A stretch of 63,313 bases of DNA, counting the filler, from Phoronis australis (Eukaryota; Animalia; Phoronida), in NCBI GenBank assembly GCA_002633005.1. It is 6 parts of 6 records of this genome, joined end to end, with 100 filler letters (N's around TTAATTAATTAA, not from the genome) between each part and the next. Parts side by side here need not be neighbours in the genome. Positions count along the whole stretch, not along the records: positions 31,494 to 46,531 come from NMRA01000259.1; positions 46,632 to 59,632 come from NMRA01000590.1; 4 more parts are not named here. The stretch is one strand, 5' to 3'. This document shows, one piece after another, positions 38,227 through 52,800 of this stretch. The notes below the pieces were generated by a model. It saw nothing but the letters and a program-made list of their open reading frames with translations, was not told the DNA's origin and did no database searches. Each line of letters starts with the position of its first letter. The stretch's first letter is position 1. A program made the position numbers and the translations under genes.

Positions 38227-40525
38227 CTGTAACGTACACAGGTAACAAGTTAGAGAACAGAGCCATTGTCAAAGTTGAAGGAATAAGTATGACAAAGAAC
38301 CTCTCATACCCGAGGTTTTGGGACCAACATCGTCACTGAAACAATTTAGCCGTGGAAGCTTAAAAACATATACACTTAAGATCACCCAATCTAATTATGA
38401 AAGCACCTATGGTGACCAATGTCAGTTTACACAAAACAGACCCAAACTGGGGCTCATCTAAGTTCCCTAAATCTTTTCCATATTTGTATTGTTCTTTGCA
38501 CATAGATGTTACCATTTTTTCTGTAATTTTATATTGAATATGAGCTTGTCTTTGACCAGTAACGTTTTAAATGATAAAACTCCAAAAACAGGGGCCTTAA
38601 TTCGATGAAAATAAATTAGAAATATAGTCCTTAAATTAGGGACATTGCTTGAAAAGATCTTTAATTTTATTTTCAGTAATATTGAGAAATCCGACATAGA
38701 GTTCAGCCTCGATTTATACCAATGCCAAAAACTGAATTTAGTAATGACATCAAGTGCATCAGAAAGGACACTCAGTCACAACAATTTTGGGAACTTAGTT
38801 GAGTTTTAGTCTGGATGTGTTTCATGCAACAGAGCAATGAGCCCCAACTTATTCTCAGCGAAGTGAAGACTAAACCCAGTATGGAACTGTTCCACAATGG
38901 GTATTACACAATGCAGTTCGATTAGGCAATCTTTGAATGTTATCTATAGGGGTAGTAGGACAGCACTGGCCTCAGGCATCTCTCATTTACTTGTATGAAG
39001 GGCCAGTAGGGGTTCACAAAATGACAGTTGACTATGCCAAGGGTCACTGGTCTCACTCCTGTCTCCTGCTAGACTTGCTACCTCAGGTCAAGACTTCGTT
39101 CACGCACGTGCTTTCACTGCTTTGCAGGCCTGTGTTGATTTTTAATTATCAAAAAATTCATCCTCGTTTCATGGCTAAAATGATTGCAGGGTTTTGATGG
39201 AAAGTTTGTTCACTATTTTGTTGTTATTTGGTCTCCACTGGTCAGCTTTTGTGCACGCTTAAATATCCCAGTCAGTTTCATCATCACTCCCGCCCTGTTT
39301 TTGTTGTTACCGTACTATAGACGTCTTTTGTTATGAATCTTCTTTTTCATAGCCCCAAAATTGGTAGCCAGCTGTATTGGCACCCCATGTCAGTCTGAAC
39401 ACCCACCTCTGGAACTTCAAAGTTTTCACTTTTGACAGTCCATGCCCAGGTAGAGTTCAACCAAAACATTGTTCTCACCAGGATTTAAGTTGACAACGAT
39501 GGGAACTGGGAATGGCAGAACAGTGCAGTCAACCACAGTGCTCAGCTAAGTGCAGAAGAGGAAACCGCCATGTGCTGTGTTTGGTTATTTTTTTGAATGA
39601 TAAAGACCATAGTAGGATTATAATTTTGATAACAATGTCAAATTCAAACAGCGAGAGGCACTACACTGAAGCCTGTGACAGAAATGACTCAGCTATCACT
39701 GATTGAAACCACTTAAAGGCACTGAATAATCACGATTGATATGACAATTAATCAATCAGTAGTTGACCATCTATGGTGTCTGACAACTTTGACCATGATG
39801 GCTCATAATTTGAGCATGCTGGTCAAATTTGAGCAGGGGGGTGCCAGTATCTGGGTGAACACCGGCTCCAAATATGAATCCTAGATACAATACACTTAAC
39901 TTTAGGAAGCAGTCACTTTAAGTGGCAACTGCGGTTAGTCGTGCGAAAGGATACACACCTTTTACTGTTCAGGCATCATGAACTCGTTCTTTTGGCTCAT
40001 GCATATTTTAATATTATCGCACTTGAGTGCAAACAAATAAAAAAGGTATTAACACCCAATTTTTCATAAATTCCCATACTCGGCTAAACACCCACCTACC
40101 CACCGGCCAACCCGACTGTGAGTATTTCATTTCCTATTGAAAAGAGAAGATAAACCTGCATCCGCCCAAAAAGTGAAGATTCGATTTACTGGTAACCTGA
40201 TTACTTGCCTTGCTATAAAACTGACCAGCCTCAAATTGTCCATTTCTCGAATGAGACGTAATTCCTGGATTTGCAAAGAACTGACAGCTGAGACCTTAGT
40301 CACCACTGTAAAATGGCAGGTCATGACAATCCATCTTTACCGCCTGGTGTCAAGCTACGTACCATAAATTTCCAAGCCCAGAAACCACCTCCAATGTGAT
40401 GATGGTATAATTTGAAAACAATTTCATGATGAAAAGTGGTCAAAATCAAAAGTTGGCTTTAATGATGGAAGGCGGGTTTATTGCCGCTTTAAACACCCTT
40501 AAAGCAATATCACGAAGGAGAATAG

Positions 40526-40755
40526 TATCTCCATAGCCATCGATGAGTCTGATATCACCATAGCCATCGATGAGTCTGATATCTCCATAGCCATCGATGA
40601 GTCTGATATCACCATAGCCATCGATGAGTCTGATATCACCATAGCCATCGATGAGTCTGATATCACCATAGCCATCGATGAGTCTGATATCACCATAGCC
40701 ATCGGTGAGTCTGATATCACCATAGCCATCGATGAGTCTGATATCACCATAGCCA
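40526..40755. repeat. 27-bp minisatellite (~8.5 copies) in MADD intron
   Basis: Unit CACCATAGCCATCGATGAGTCTGATAT. Confidence 0.95.
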
Positions 40756-41837
40756 ACTTCAACATTTCTATTCATTTTAGACTTTTGATTCATTTATTTT
40801 CAAGACTGGTGGTGATATCATGTTGCTTACATTAGCATAGAGAGAAAATTAAAAAAATCAAGTTACCATTAATTACAACTCAACAGGATCGGATAACTCA
40901 ATGTGAGAGTGCCGTTAGTTAAATAAATTTGACATACCACGGAACTAAAAAGGACGCATTAACTCCGACAAGTCATCATTTGACGACATTCATTTTACTA
41001 AGAGAACACTTTTGAATTATTTTCGAATTAAGAAGAATTTTAAGTGCCATGCAGACTACAAGTTATCTTAGAACTTGTTAACACTGTAGTCAGCGAGCTG
41101 TCACTGGGTATGCAGAATGGGCAGTCCAAATGTAAATGACATCTTAACCCACCTTTTTCAGGTATAGTGTTTGCTCTAAGGTAACACGCCCCAATATAAG
41201 ATACTACTATTATAGCATGGACGTAAACGTGCTGGCAAGATGTTTGCTTGGCTGAACAGGTGGGGAGGGTGACTATATGCTCAAAAACTGAGAAGCGATT
41301 AGGCTCCTGGATAAGGGTGGTGAGTACGGAGATAATTCCATAAGCAATTTAGTCACTCACAATCACACTCAATAACATTAGTCAATGTTTACCAAGAAGC
41401 CCTGATAACTGATGACACCATTTAACGCCAGACATAAATGTACAGTAGTATCTGTGACAAATGCTGGTGTTTACTGCACAGTTTCCTTAATGGGCGAGAC
41501 GCTGCAGTGTTGCGTACTCCTCCTACATTTGATTTTCCCCAAAAATCAATATTTAATCCTACGCTGTTTTATACACAGCCCTAATCCTCGTGAGACAATA
41601 GGATACGATTTGAGGAACACGTCATTATAACTCAATGCAGCAAGCGCTTCAGTTTAAGACAGATCAATAGTGCTGACTAAAGAGACTTAAAACCCAAATT
41701 CTGGAAAACTCAATAAACGCTACTTGGCTAATTGACAGATGAATGAAAATGTATGACAGCCAACAGTCCACTGTGTACATAGGACAGCCAACAGTCCACT
41801 GTGTATATAGGACAGCCAACACAAGGTACCTAAACTA

Positions 41838-42031
41838 CACGGTCAACGGACTCAAAAACACGGGCACGAACGCATGAACACGACTCACGGACCAGCAAAC
41901 ACCGTCCACTGACTCACAAACACGGGAACGGACTCACAAAACACAATCCAAGCACCCAAATACACGGGACACGAACTCATATTCACGAGGAAACACGGTA
42001 AACGGACTGCCAAACACGGGTCACGGACTCA
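41838..42031. repeat. Cryptic short-unit repeat
   Basis: Recurring ACGGACTCA / AAACACGG motifs, preceded by a short duplication at ~41755-41820. Confidence 0.6.
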
Positions 42032-42764
42032 TCGGCTTCCTGTGTCAGCTGACATCTTCATTTTGTCAGGGGGAGGGGGGGAGGGGGTACTATCCCCACA
42101 CAAGTCAGCATACCTCACACGAGGATACTGCCAACAATTCAGGTAAAATTTGTCATTTGACAATCCGAGATCAAGAATGGCCGTATGAGGGAATTCACAA
42201 GATATTTGATTGAAAAAAGACATTTCATTAGCTTTGAGTTGTGTTGAAAAGATCAGTACATAATTCTATGTGTAGGATAGGGTCAAGGGGACTACAACTA
42301 GGGGGTACACTTCAAACACGACATACACTTTGCAAACACCAAGTAGGAAGACTTTCTGACAACTGCTCAGGACCCCAACATCTGTTACATTCCAACAGGC
42401 CTACTAGTAATTTTCCCTACTCCCTTGCCATCAACATGCATTACAAGAGACGTCATATGACTTCACTGGCCACGTGGAAACACAACAAGAAACGTGTTCT
42501 CAAGACCAAAATCAAATGACTACTACTAATCTATCAACATCTTCCTATGATCCCAGGACATCACTCAGTACAGCAGACACACAGCACAAAATATTTAAGG
42601 TTCAATCCGATAAGCCGTCTTGGAGATACGATTTTCCTAACTTAGTCAAATCTGTACATTTTTCACGGTCATTCATAACCTTCGGTCAGAGGTAGAAGTG
42701 AGGTACTTTGCCTACTGCTCATGTTTTTCATCAAAACTATCCCTCACATGGTCACACGTCTTAC

Positions 42765-43366
42765 CTAAGACTTGTTTTAGAGCCTCCAATCCGCTTGGAC
42801 CCCGACCGTTCATTACATGCATCAATAATCCGCCTGAGTGTGAACAGACACTCCCTAAACGTGGAGAAGAACGGGTGGTGGCTTATGATGCACAGAGACG
42901 TTAGTGAGTGGTTGCGTATCCGCGTTCGTTTCCTACCCCTGGTAGTCCGGAGTGGCACATCAGGTACGGGGTTATTCAATGACTGTTCGCTGTTAGAGCT
43001 AGCGGAGCTCTCGCACCGCTGTGGTAAGGCGCGATCAGCTGGGAACTTCCGCACAAACGGCCGGTAAAAGTTGACACAGATTCCGTACCGCCGTCGACCG
43101 GAGTCCTTGTCCGTCAGGGTAAACACAAAAGAAGTTGTGTCACGGAAGCTCATACGCTTCGGACCAACACTAACGCAGCCCTCCGGCTGGCAGAAAAACA
43201 CAATGTCTGGCGCCAACGGGAAGTCATCATGCTCCTCCAGGGGGTAGCGCCGCAGCAGCTCAGGTGTCTGCGTCACGCTATTGTTGCGGTTCGGATTACG
43301 TGATCCCACAATACACAAGTAGTCCAACAGACGAGGGCAGAAATACTTCTGCTGGGATTCACTCAT
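42765..43366 (-). CDS. MADD: MADD (MAP kinase-activating death domain protein / Rab3 GEF, uDENN) first coding exon
   Basis: [21 protein letters not shown]...[30 protein letters not shown]...[23 protein letters not shown]...[21 protein letters not shown] is the MADD N-terminus. Donor AG|GTAAGA. Confidence 0.97.
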
Positions 43367-44048
43367 CCTGATCGACACAAAATCTGATCAAGGAAGACGA
43401 TCAATCACGTTTCTCGTATGACGGCCATTTGATAGTTGTGATTTACTCGCTCATGATGTCACCTTTCCCAGATAAACTTCATTGTCTCTGGAATGGTATA
43501 TTTATTCATAAAATCAATATAAACTATGCGCATGTTATGAACAAATGTCAAAGTGACAATAATTAAAGGTTATTTATGACAGTGCGACTGTGAGATTTCG
43601 GGGTAAACAATATTGTAAAATCTGGTCACAATTTCATAACCATTTGACTGACGCCATGAATAAAGTTGTGGGAATCAGCCAGTCATGCTTTAAATTTAAT
43701 TAGACAGACCAGTGTCTCCTGCAGGGTTCCCCAGCAGAACATAGAAATCTGTCAATACTTGTCTAAACTGACTCTGATCTTGGTAGTGCAGATGACCCAA
43801 GTGATTTGAGCCTGTTGGTATGTCCATTAGGAGTTACAGTAAACAGAGTGTCCTATTGTGACTGAGGTGCATTCTTTAGTCACTCTGCAGTTGACATATG
43901 GCAGTCATTTGATTTGAAGTGAACTTGTAGAATAATTGGAGGTGACTTGGCTTTAGTGACATGGACATGACTTATGTCATGATTAATAGCTTGAGAGACC
44001 ACCATTCCCCACCATCATAGGTCAGTCAAAGAATGCCTGGTAGACAGT

Positions 44049-44339
44049 AGACAGTGACCACCACATCTAGATGGCCCTAGTAGAGACCGTGAAGCTCCAA
44101 AAACGAATTAAGCCTCCCACTGATTAAAACATCAAAGTCAAGTTACATGGGCAACTGACCATTTTGTGCTCCTGGTGGACAAGGTAAAAATGGGAGCATG
44201 TGAAGTGTAAAATTGGCCAGTTGTCGATTTGGGCAATTGAACGAAGGACAGCTCAAAGAAAAAAATTACGGGAGTATTTGCTCGTATAGAAGCTTCGTCG
44301 TCTTTACTGGGGCCAGCTAGAGATGGTGGTCACTGTCCA
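44049..44339. mobile_element. MITE with long imperfect inverted termini
   Basis: GACAGTGACCACCA..TCTAGATGGCCCTAGTAGAGAC versus GTCTTTACTGGGGCCAGCTAGA.ATGGTGGTCACTGTC. Confidence 0.65.
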
Positions 44340-44705
44340 AATAGACAGTTGATTAGCACTGACTCGGGCAAAACGAGTGGTAAGGGGTCATGTTCACTTT
44401 TTGACATACACACTGTAAATAACAAGATCATTTGTGAGACAGGCAGTTCAGGAGGTTATTCCAAAAACCACATGCCTATGAAATGTGTCTTGCAAGTTGA
44501 CTTGCGCTGCCTGCGGTTGCACTAGGCCAAGCTTGCCTGGCTTCTGTCACTGTCTCACTCTCAGACACCCAGACAGTGGCACAAGTCTCATGTTCCCATA
44601 TTTTTACCTTTTTATTTCAGAAAAACGTCACTCTCAATGTTTTGTTAAGCAGCAATAGGTTCTTTTCATATCATTAACATAAGGGAATAAAAATATAATA
44701 CTTAC

Positions 44706-44840
44706 ATTTTCTAACAGAACCATACGATCTGTCAAGCACATAAACACCGTAATGCCGATCGATTCCAGAAATCGACAAACTATACCACAATGCATTACAC
44801 TCCCATCAGGGTGCGTACGTCATCAACAATTTCCGGCTTC
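44706..44840 (-). promoter_or_regulatory. Probable MADD promoter and 5'UTR exon
   Basis: Minus-strand donor GTAAGT at 44705, a pyrimidine-rich acceptor just before the ATG exon (exon start 43383), and CRE-like TACGTCA plus ETS-like CCGGAA at ~44816-44836. The TSS position is inferred. Confidence 0.45.
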
Positions 44841-45320
44841 TGCTCCAGTCGGGCCTGTTCAGTAAAAATGAACGCAAGGATTTACGATAGGACCTCGCTA
44901 AAATCTAGTCAAAATCACGAGTTTTTATTTAAATTACACGAAAATATGTCACGTAATCTCTCAAAGACTTGCTTTTTAGTGTGGTCCTAGCGTTACTACA
45001 GTTCAGTAACGCGAAAGCGGGTAGACAAGGCCCATATGTGAGCCCCTTCTGAAGCATTTTAGTTTGGTTGTAATCTTGACAACCTTGAGAAGTTTTTTAA
45101 ACATGCAAATGAAGTCTGCCATTATGCAAAATTCGGTTTTTGCTTTAATAACTTTCACTCCAAGCATTGCAGACCGGGTAGTTTGATGTTTTTGACTCAT
45201 GTTCCTATAACTGACTTCAGGGAATATAGGCTTGTGGAGCTGACTTTTCGGAACATGGATACATCAATAATTTGCATAAATTATGCAAAATGAGGCAGCC
45301 ATTATTGAAATTGTACTTGT

Positions 45321-45446
45321 CAGTGGCGGATTTAGAGGGGGGCCAAGGGGGCCATGGCCCCCTAAAATTCTCCAAGATTCCGGCACTGGGCAGTTCGGGA
45401 GTGAGTGCCGATGTCTGACCTAGGCAAAATCCTGGATCCGCCTATG
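45321..45446. mobile_element. hAT-like MITE with 5-bp TSD CTTGT
   Basis: CAGTGGCGGATTT...GGATCCGCCTATG flanked by CTTGT. Confidence 0.8.
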
Positions 45447-46286
45447 CTTGTGATTATAGTTGCGGTACATCAGGCACTACAGTGCACCCCGTGCTTATGT
45501 CAGTGCGCGACAGTGAATGACAGAGGCAGTACTTAGTGTCCTGCACAGACCCTCGAGGTTGGTTGGGGCCTTCAAAAGCAATCCGTGACGTCAGCTTGTG
45601 ACAGAGGCCCGGGAACCAGGTTAAGGCAGTACTTTGAGAGGGGATAAATCGTTGCATAAATTATGCAAATTCTTCTCTCCCTCCGTGGCTCCCTATCTTC
45701 CTTCGATGTTTGGGATTGGCCTGCTAAACAGAGCGAAATGCAACCTCACAATCGTTGTCTATAACAATGTCGGCAGACAAGGAGATCGAGAGCCCCTGTG
45801 ACGCATATTTCCCGCTTGTCCCCATCACTCAACAATGAGTTTGCTGTCATTTTATAATATTTGCGTGAAGCTTGGATGTCATCGTCTTTCATTTATTTCG
45901 CATTTTGAAAACGTATTGTCATCTGTTGAGATTTAACATTTTTGTCGTTACCACAGCATCAACAATGCAAACTAGCAGCAGCGCACTTCCAAAGCGGGTA
46001 CCGGGTAGTTGACTGCAGTTTGCCGCGGACTCACATTTCTTGTGTTTTTAGGCCTACATGTGCTTCACACTACCTTTGATGTACGTGATCCGTTGCACGA
46101 TCACTTGTGGCATTTTGTTGACTGGTTTTCAAAGAATCAAGACAAACTTGCAACTCCATAAGTATGTCACATATAGTTGCCAACAATCGAAATGAAAAAA
46201 ATGAGACGCCTGGATTGAAAAAGCGGAACATCGGGATATACAAAGGGGCATGTGGGTATGCATGTTGTTCCACTTAATGTTTGGAA

Positions 46287-46531
46287 CATAGGCGGATTTA
46301 GGGGGGGCCCAGGGGGCCCGGCCCCCCCCCTCTTGGCTGCCGCAAAAAATAAAACAGTAAGAGCGTAGGGAAATGTTGAGTTTATTAATTAACCCCGGTA
46401 ATTAAAATTATACGGATGAAAAAAGATTTAAATGTGTGCAGTTTTAGTGTTTTGGGGTAGGGGGGGGCTCAAATCCAATTTCAAATGTCAAATTCGGAAC
46501 ACGGCGCATTCGTAACGGGCAAACCCCCCTC
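46287..46531. mobile_element. hAT-like element left end, cut by gap
   Basis: CATAGGCGGATTTAGGGGGGGCCCAGGGGGCCCGGCCCCC, as at 17009. Confidence 0.6.
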
Positions 46532-46631
46532 NNNNNNNNNNNNNNNNNNNNNNNNNNNNNNNNNNNNNNNNNNNNTTAATTAATTAANNNNNNNNNNNNN
46601 NNNNNNNNNNNNNNNNNNNNNNNNNNNNNNN

Positions 46632-46880
46632 AAAACTTAAGTATTTTGGAACAAGTTTTTTGGAACGAACTTAAGTTTTCATAACTTAAGTTTTCAGAAA
46701 ACTTAAGTTTTTGAAAAACTTAAGTTTTCAGAACTTAAGTTTTTGAAAACTTAAGTTCGTTCCAAAAAACTTGTTCCAAAATACTTAAGTTTTCGCCAAA
46801 AACTTAAGTTTTCGTGAATGAAAACTTAAGTTTTTCAGACCAAAAACTTAAGTTTTTCGATGAAAACTTAAGTTCATTTT
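46632..46880. repeat. Palindromic AAAACTTAAGTTTT array
   Basis: About a dozen ACTTAAGT cores; the first ~160 bp also form a larger foldback. Confidence 0.9.
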
Positions 46881-49800
46881 TGTAAGGGTTCACAGCGCGT
46901 GCATGCACTCTCTCCGAATCGTGCAACACCACCCACGTCGACGCTCAGCGTCCTCTCGCAACTCCTCAAGCTGAGTGCAGTGATCGCTTCGGTAGGACTT
47001 GGCGTGCTCAACTTAATTTTTTGCGGATGGCTCAGGCTCGGAACAGGAGCTAGTTCACCATTTCACCACCAACTTTCACAGGGTCAAAAATAGAATTATT
47101 ACATTCTTGGTCTTGCTACAACATCTATCAGCTGGTAGCCTACAACACTCCCGGTTACGCAATGTTTGTTGACAGGGTTAGATTAGAGCCAGTGTCCTTC
47201 TATAAGCTCCGCCCCAGTTGTCAGTCACTGAGCTGGTGAGCACTCAAGCCGTATGACTTACTGAAGCTTGGTCAAATCTAGGAACCAATATGGTTCCTAG
47301 GTCAAATATAGTTAAAAAAACATCTTTGGATTTTGAGAATGATTTTATTTTTCTTCAGTATACTCTGCGTCAAGAATCAAATATTAGGGTGACATAAAAA
47401 TGTAAAAAACAGTCAAAATTAATTTTTTTTTGTGTATCCACCTACCTTAACTTACAGTGTACTCGCCTCTGGGAATTGGTCTAATTCACCGTTTGAGTCT
47501 TAAAAGTTTGTCTTGACATTTTTGAGTCACTCGTACGAATTGGCTTCTCAAGATGAACATAAATGTCGATGACAGCGAGCGGAGGTCGTCAACAACTTGG
47601 TCTCGTTTCGTGGAGAAATTTTCATTTTCCCTCACCAGTGCACAATTTTATCATTTACTATAGCAGACCTGCTTTAAAACATGTATGCATATTTTGTAAC
47701 ATATATATGAGTATGTGCATAACGCGGAGTTGGTGTGAGGACTCGATTGGGACCTCAGGGGTCTCACGCTCCACCGGCTTATCTACACTAATTTGAAAAG
47801 GCTTTGTCCAGTCACGCGTTATGAGTCAGAAATCGAGATAATGATCATCCAATCGGTAGCTTTGCGAGAAAGCGACGACCTTGCCGAAATTGAATAACGG
47901 AAACCCTTGAAAATCATTATAAGCGAGAAAGAGAAAACAAATATTTTCTGACGTTTATGCTCATTAACTTTGAGTAAACGAAACGTCGCAAATATGTTCT
48001 GTTTTCTCTTGCGCGCTCATAATCAGATTCCTATAACTAGTGTTATGGCCAAAAACCGAGTTTGGAAACATCTAGACTAAAATCTTGATGGTATCAGATT
48101 TTGCCAGCGACCATACACGGTTTAAAAATGAATGAATAGCTGAATTAGGCAAAATTTGACTTGATGGAATTCTCTTCAAAGAACGCATAAATATCACCAT
48201 CATCTTCATGTCAAAATTGCCAACTAAAACTCGAGGTGGAGGGCACGAACCTGAAAATCCTGGTACGCGTTTTCTTTAACGAACTTCAAAAATAGAGCAT
48301 GGTGGAGTGTTTGAAAGAGCCAAAATCCATCCAAGTCGAAGTGGCCATAACGGAGCGATATGGAGATTTAAAATGACGAGATTTAACCATTTTTTCAGTT
48401 GCTGTGTACCTAAAGTAACAGGCACAGAAAAAATGACTTAGGCCTACAGTAAGATTTTCTGAAACATACCTCAGCGAAATCGTCAAAGAAAAAAGCGCCT
48501 CTTGCTACCTAAAACGGTCAAAAACAACCAAAGCGCGCAACGCGTCGCTTGCCTGAAAAACCAACTCTTTCACTTGTTTTTTGTGGTTAGACATGTGATG
48601 TGTACCCATATTTTTGGTCATGGGCCCCTAAAACGGGCTACTAATTCAAATGACACGTATATATTGACGATGTCCAAATTTAACTGCCCCTCTGGTTTAA
48701 GGGTTTCATGTTTTGTAATTCAAAGTGATTGCATAAATTTAGGAATTAACGCGAGTTACAGGCACTGCGTTCACAAAGAGTAAGAAAACAAAAACCCAGC
48801 GGCATACGATCACCTCGCTTTAACAATGCATTGTGTGCATTCCACATAACAAGTAGGCCACTCTTCAGATTAGTGCTTTCGCAATGAAAATAACAGCAAG
48901 ATTTCCGAATAGTGTAATATATAATGTACATAAGAATTTCAAACGTTAAAATGACTAGTTGTTCATACTATGGGAAAAGCAATAAGGGACACAGGCACTA
49001 CCAATGATAAACTCTTCAGTATAAATATTACACTTCACAGGATGAGCAAAACATGCACTAAGTACTTGTAGAGATAACCTACCGAGATCTTTGAAACTAA
49101 CAATTATGAACTCTGCAATATAAATAATACACTTAATACAATGAACATGTAACAAATATACACACCCAAATAGTGTTACATGCAATCCCTGATGAGATCA
49201 TCCATGAGTATGAATCCCTCCATGTAAACGATAGCTCACATGGTGAGCAAAATATTTAAAGTGGGACTTAACTACAACATAGGATCCTTCAAAATTTGTG
49301 TCATAGCAGTACAAGGTTCTACTACTTAACAAAACATCATAAGTGATACAACTGCTGAGATCACTACCTTCACGAGGAAAAATTATCAATATAAAAATAT
49401 ATGTAACATGAGCTTGAGCAATGTACCGGTAGGTGCACAATACTGCTATCCCTGGTGGAACCGCAATAAATTGCACACCTCCCAAGATGACAATGATATG
49501 TATACAAGAATTTGCTTTTCAAGATAACCATGTGGAAATGACAGGGTCATTGCAGAATTTAGTAAAAAATCTGCATTTCAGCCTAAAAAAAATCATTTTC
49601 AAAACCACACCAGTAGTTACTGAATAAAACACTAAAAAAAGACAATATGTACACTGTAATTCACATCTCGGGATGCAAACAATAACTATCCTAAACTGAA
49701 AAGATCAGTCACCCAAGGCTCAAGAATATTCAAAATAAATACACTGGTTAAGCAATAAACTAGTAACAACAATAACGGGCACATGTCGCAATAAATAAAT

Positions 49801-52800
49801 TCCTAGTTTTGTAGGAGCAAAACTAGCATTTCAAGCTCAACAATGCGGAAACAACACAAGCAGCTTACACATTTCCAAAACCACACACGGCAGGCAATAC
49901 TGATGTGGTACATGAATGAAGTGCACATCTGGAGAAAAAAGTAAAATATTCTCCCTAGCTGGGAATGTCCTAGCTGCATGAACCATCCAGGTCATTCACT
50001 GAATACCAGGCACATGTCATAATATGCATTCATATACATGCGAGTAGGACATTCTCACTGACCACAATGGTCAACAAAGCTGCATGCAGAATACTACCCT
50101 GGCATCTCAGAGCATTTGATATACATAGAACATCCGGAATGAGTGGAGGGTACGCTAATAAATGCTCTGGTGGGGCCCTTAAATCCAGTAAGGTCAAAAG
50201 CTGTTGAGCAGAAAATAACAGCTTTTCAAACAAATTTCCAAATACAGTACAACACTTTCAAACATGATTAAGCGCCAACAATACTGGAATTGATACCTGG
50301 GCCCTGTCACTGATCTTTTTACAGGAAATGGAACTCGAAATTACGTTTGGAATTTTGTACTCTACTTTTGTGCGAACTTAAGACAGGTGGCTATTATCCT
50401 ATGCTCCTATACATAATGACTTACGTGGATATTTTATTAGTGATAGTTTACAGTTGATAAACCCAACAAGAATCCAGAACAATAAACTGGTATGTTATGA
50501 AATCCATTCTAGTTACTTCACGAAAAATAAGCAGAGCTTGGAATGAGCAATGACAAAAACAGAGGAGAAATTTCCAGCTGATGTATGATACACAAAAAAT
50601 AGGCTTGCGTGATAGACATTTTTGGCTGTAAAATTTACCTGAACTAAACATTTAATAACGTCAAAAAGTAATAAAAAGAGGAAACTGGAAATCAAATAAG
50701 AGGAAATCGACACCAAAAAAGAATTCCTCTTAAAAGACGGAAATCCCAAGCCCTGATCAAGTCTGTATTCTCCAGGTTTCAACGTGTACAGGCTGTACAT
50801 AAATGCAACTGTCAAGCGGTATACCTTCTTGAAATTGTCAAGGCGAGCTCTCTGAAATGTAAACAATCACTGTTTTGGTGGTGTGATTTTAAAACGTCTG
50901 GTGCTGGTGGGTGACCTTGTGCACGTGCAGTAGTGTACCACAACTTACACTCATGTAGTCAGAAGGTCACATTCATAGACATCTGAATACTGTACATAGA
51001 CCGGGCGCGCGCCACTCAGATACATGCAGCTCGCGTTGTCAATATGACGCCATATTGGAGAGTGCTACACAGGACAAAAATGGCGGAAAACACTGGGTGC
51101 CCTACGGCATCAGTCAGAAAATCGGCGGGCTCGCAGTGTTATGCTTGCAGCCAAAGAGTTAAGATTTTTGGTCCTCCCATTGAGTCATGGGTTTTTTGGT
51201 TCGGCCATGGAGTTTATTGGTGCTGCAACTAGATTTTTATGTTCCGCCACCATAATTTAAGCGGAGCGACTATATGCGTTATTTCCACATCAGTCTAGGT
51301 TATTGAAACCATAAAAGACCAATTAAAAAGATAATTAATGACCAGCATATGCTTATTATCCAATGATGATGGTGTTTTCTAATTATACTTAAGTAAATAT
51401 TTAGTATTATTGATAATCATACTTGTACTGAAAAATAACATCCCAGCCGGGGCATCGAAATCATGAGTACATCTAAGTGCATTCTCTATTGAAATATACA
51501 TGTATACTGCATTAAAAACTAATTTCTTACTATGTATTCCAAAATCAGATATTTTCTGTTGTGTCAAAACAAACAAATCTCTGCAAAATATATACTTATG
51601 TCGAAGTTGATATTGGAAATTTTGTATATTTGCACTGCTGGCTAACGAGCTCTCTGATTTGTGACGAAACTTGTGCAAAACGTAATGTGCATAATAACCA
51701 AAATATCAAACCAGTACGATTGAATTACGCATCCAACCTTTACCCAAAATACAGAATTCCCCACTCGAAACTGAATGGAAATATACCCACTAACCGAGCC
51801 GATGTAGCCGCATTAATTATGACTCCGTAAAAATGACCCCGGTTAGTTTTTTCACAGGGTCTAAATGTAGTGTGAAGAATATTCAGCCCATGAAAAAATG
51901 ACCCCACGTCCGTGAAAACTTGTCCCGTCATTATTCAATGATTCTCCGCAACAGGGGGTTGGGATAAGCAAACAGCGTGCGTGAGAGAAGAATTTATTTT
52001 AAATTTCTCGGCCTGAAGGTCGCGCAGTATAGGCCTACGCATATCAGATTAAGAGCGGGGATGGATAGAAACAGTCCGAAATAATGTTTGCGGGAGCGGG
52101 GCTGATCTCATTGTGAGCACACGGTGTGGGGATACTACAAAACGCAAACAAGTGCCTGGTGCTAGATCGGGGGACTTCAGATCCGTGAGATGAATATCGA
52201 ACGTGCGAGAATATTTGTTTGTTGCCAATTCTGAGCGATGCACAGGTAAGGAATTGAGTCTGTGTTCTTTGTTTTCTACGTTACGACGTTCTCCCGTTGA
52301 GTCTAACTTGTTAAGTTGTATATCACAACAAGTTGGGCGGATAACCGCTGTAGACAATATCTTATACTGACAAGTGATTAAGTCCATTATGGCAATTAGG
52401 ATTAGAGGATCTCAGTCAGCTCTCTTTTGTACGATAATTGCTCTAATCTTCGATAAGATCGTATCTTATATCCTCATTGGGCTGTGCTGTTAAAAATAAG
52501 TTAAGTTATGAAATGTTTGAACATAAACCAAGGACACTTCTGAATTGCCCATCAAATACTGATCTAGCTTATAGTTTTTGAATCACCAAAATCGCCCAAC
52601 TACAATCGAAGTTAAAACAATCTATTCTATCCAAAGTATCAACGCACTGGGTTTGAATGTGTTCACAGGTGATCGGTTATAAGCCTGGTAGATAATTTAT
52701 CTGCATGTTGTCTTACCAGACAAAAAGACTATGCTCGGCAGTTAACAAAGGAGCTAAATATTATCACACTCTCGCAACCGCTGTACTGAACGGGAGAACA

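Noticed and set aside
40446-40793. ORF with GYGDIRLID repeats, reminiscent of the K+ channel GYGD filter; also a CRISPR-like look
   Set aside because: A 27-bp intronic minisatellite with contiguous units and no unique spacers or transmembrane context.
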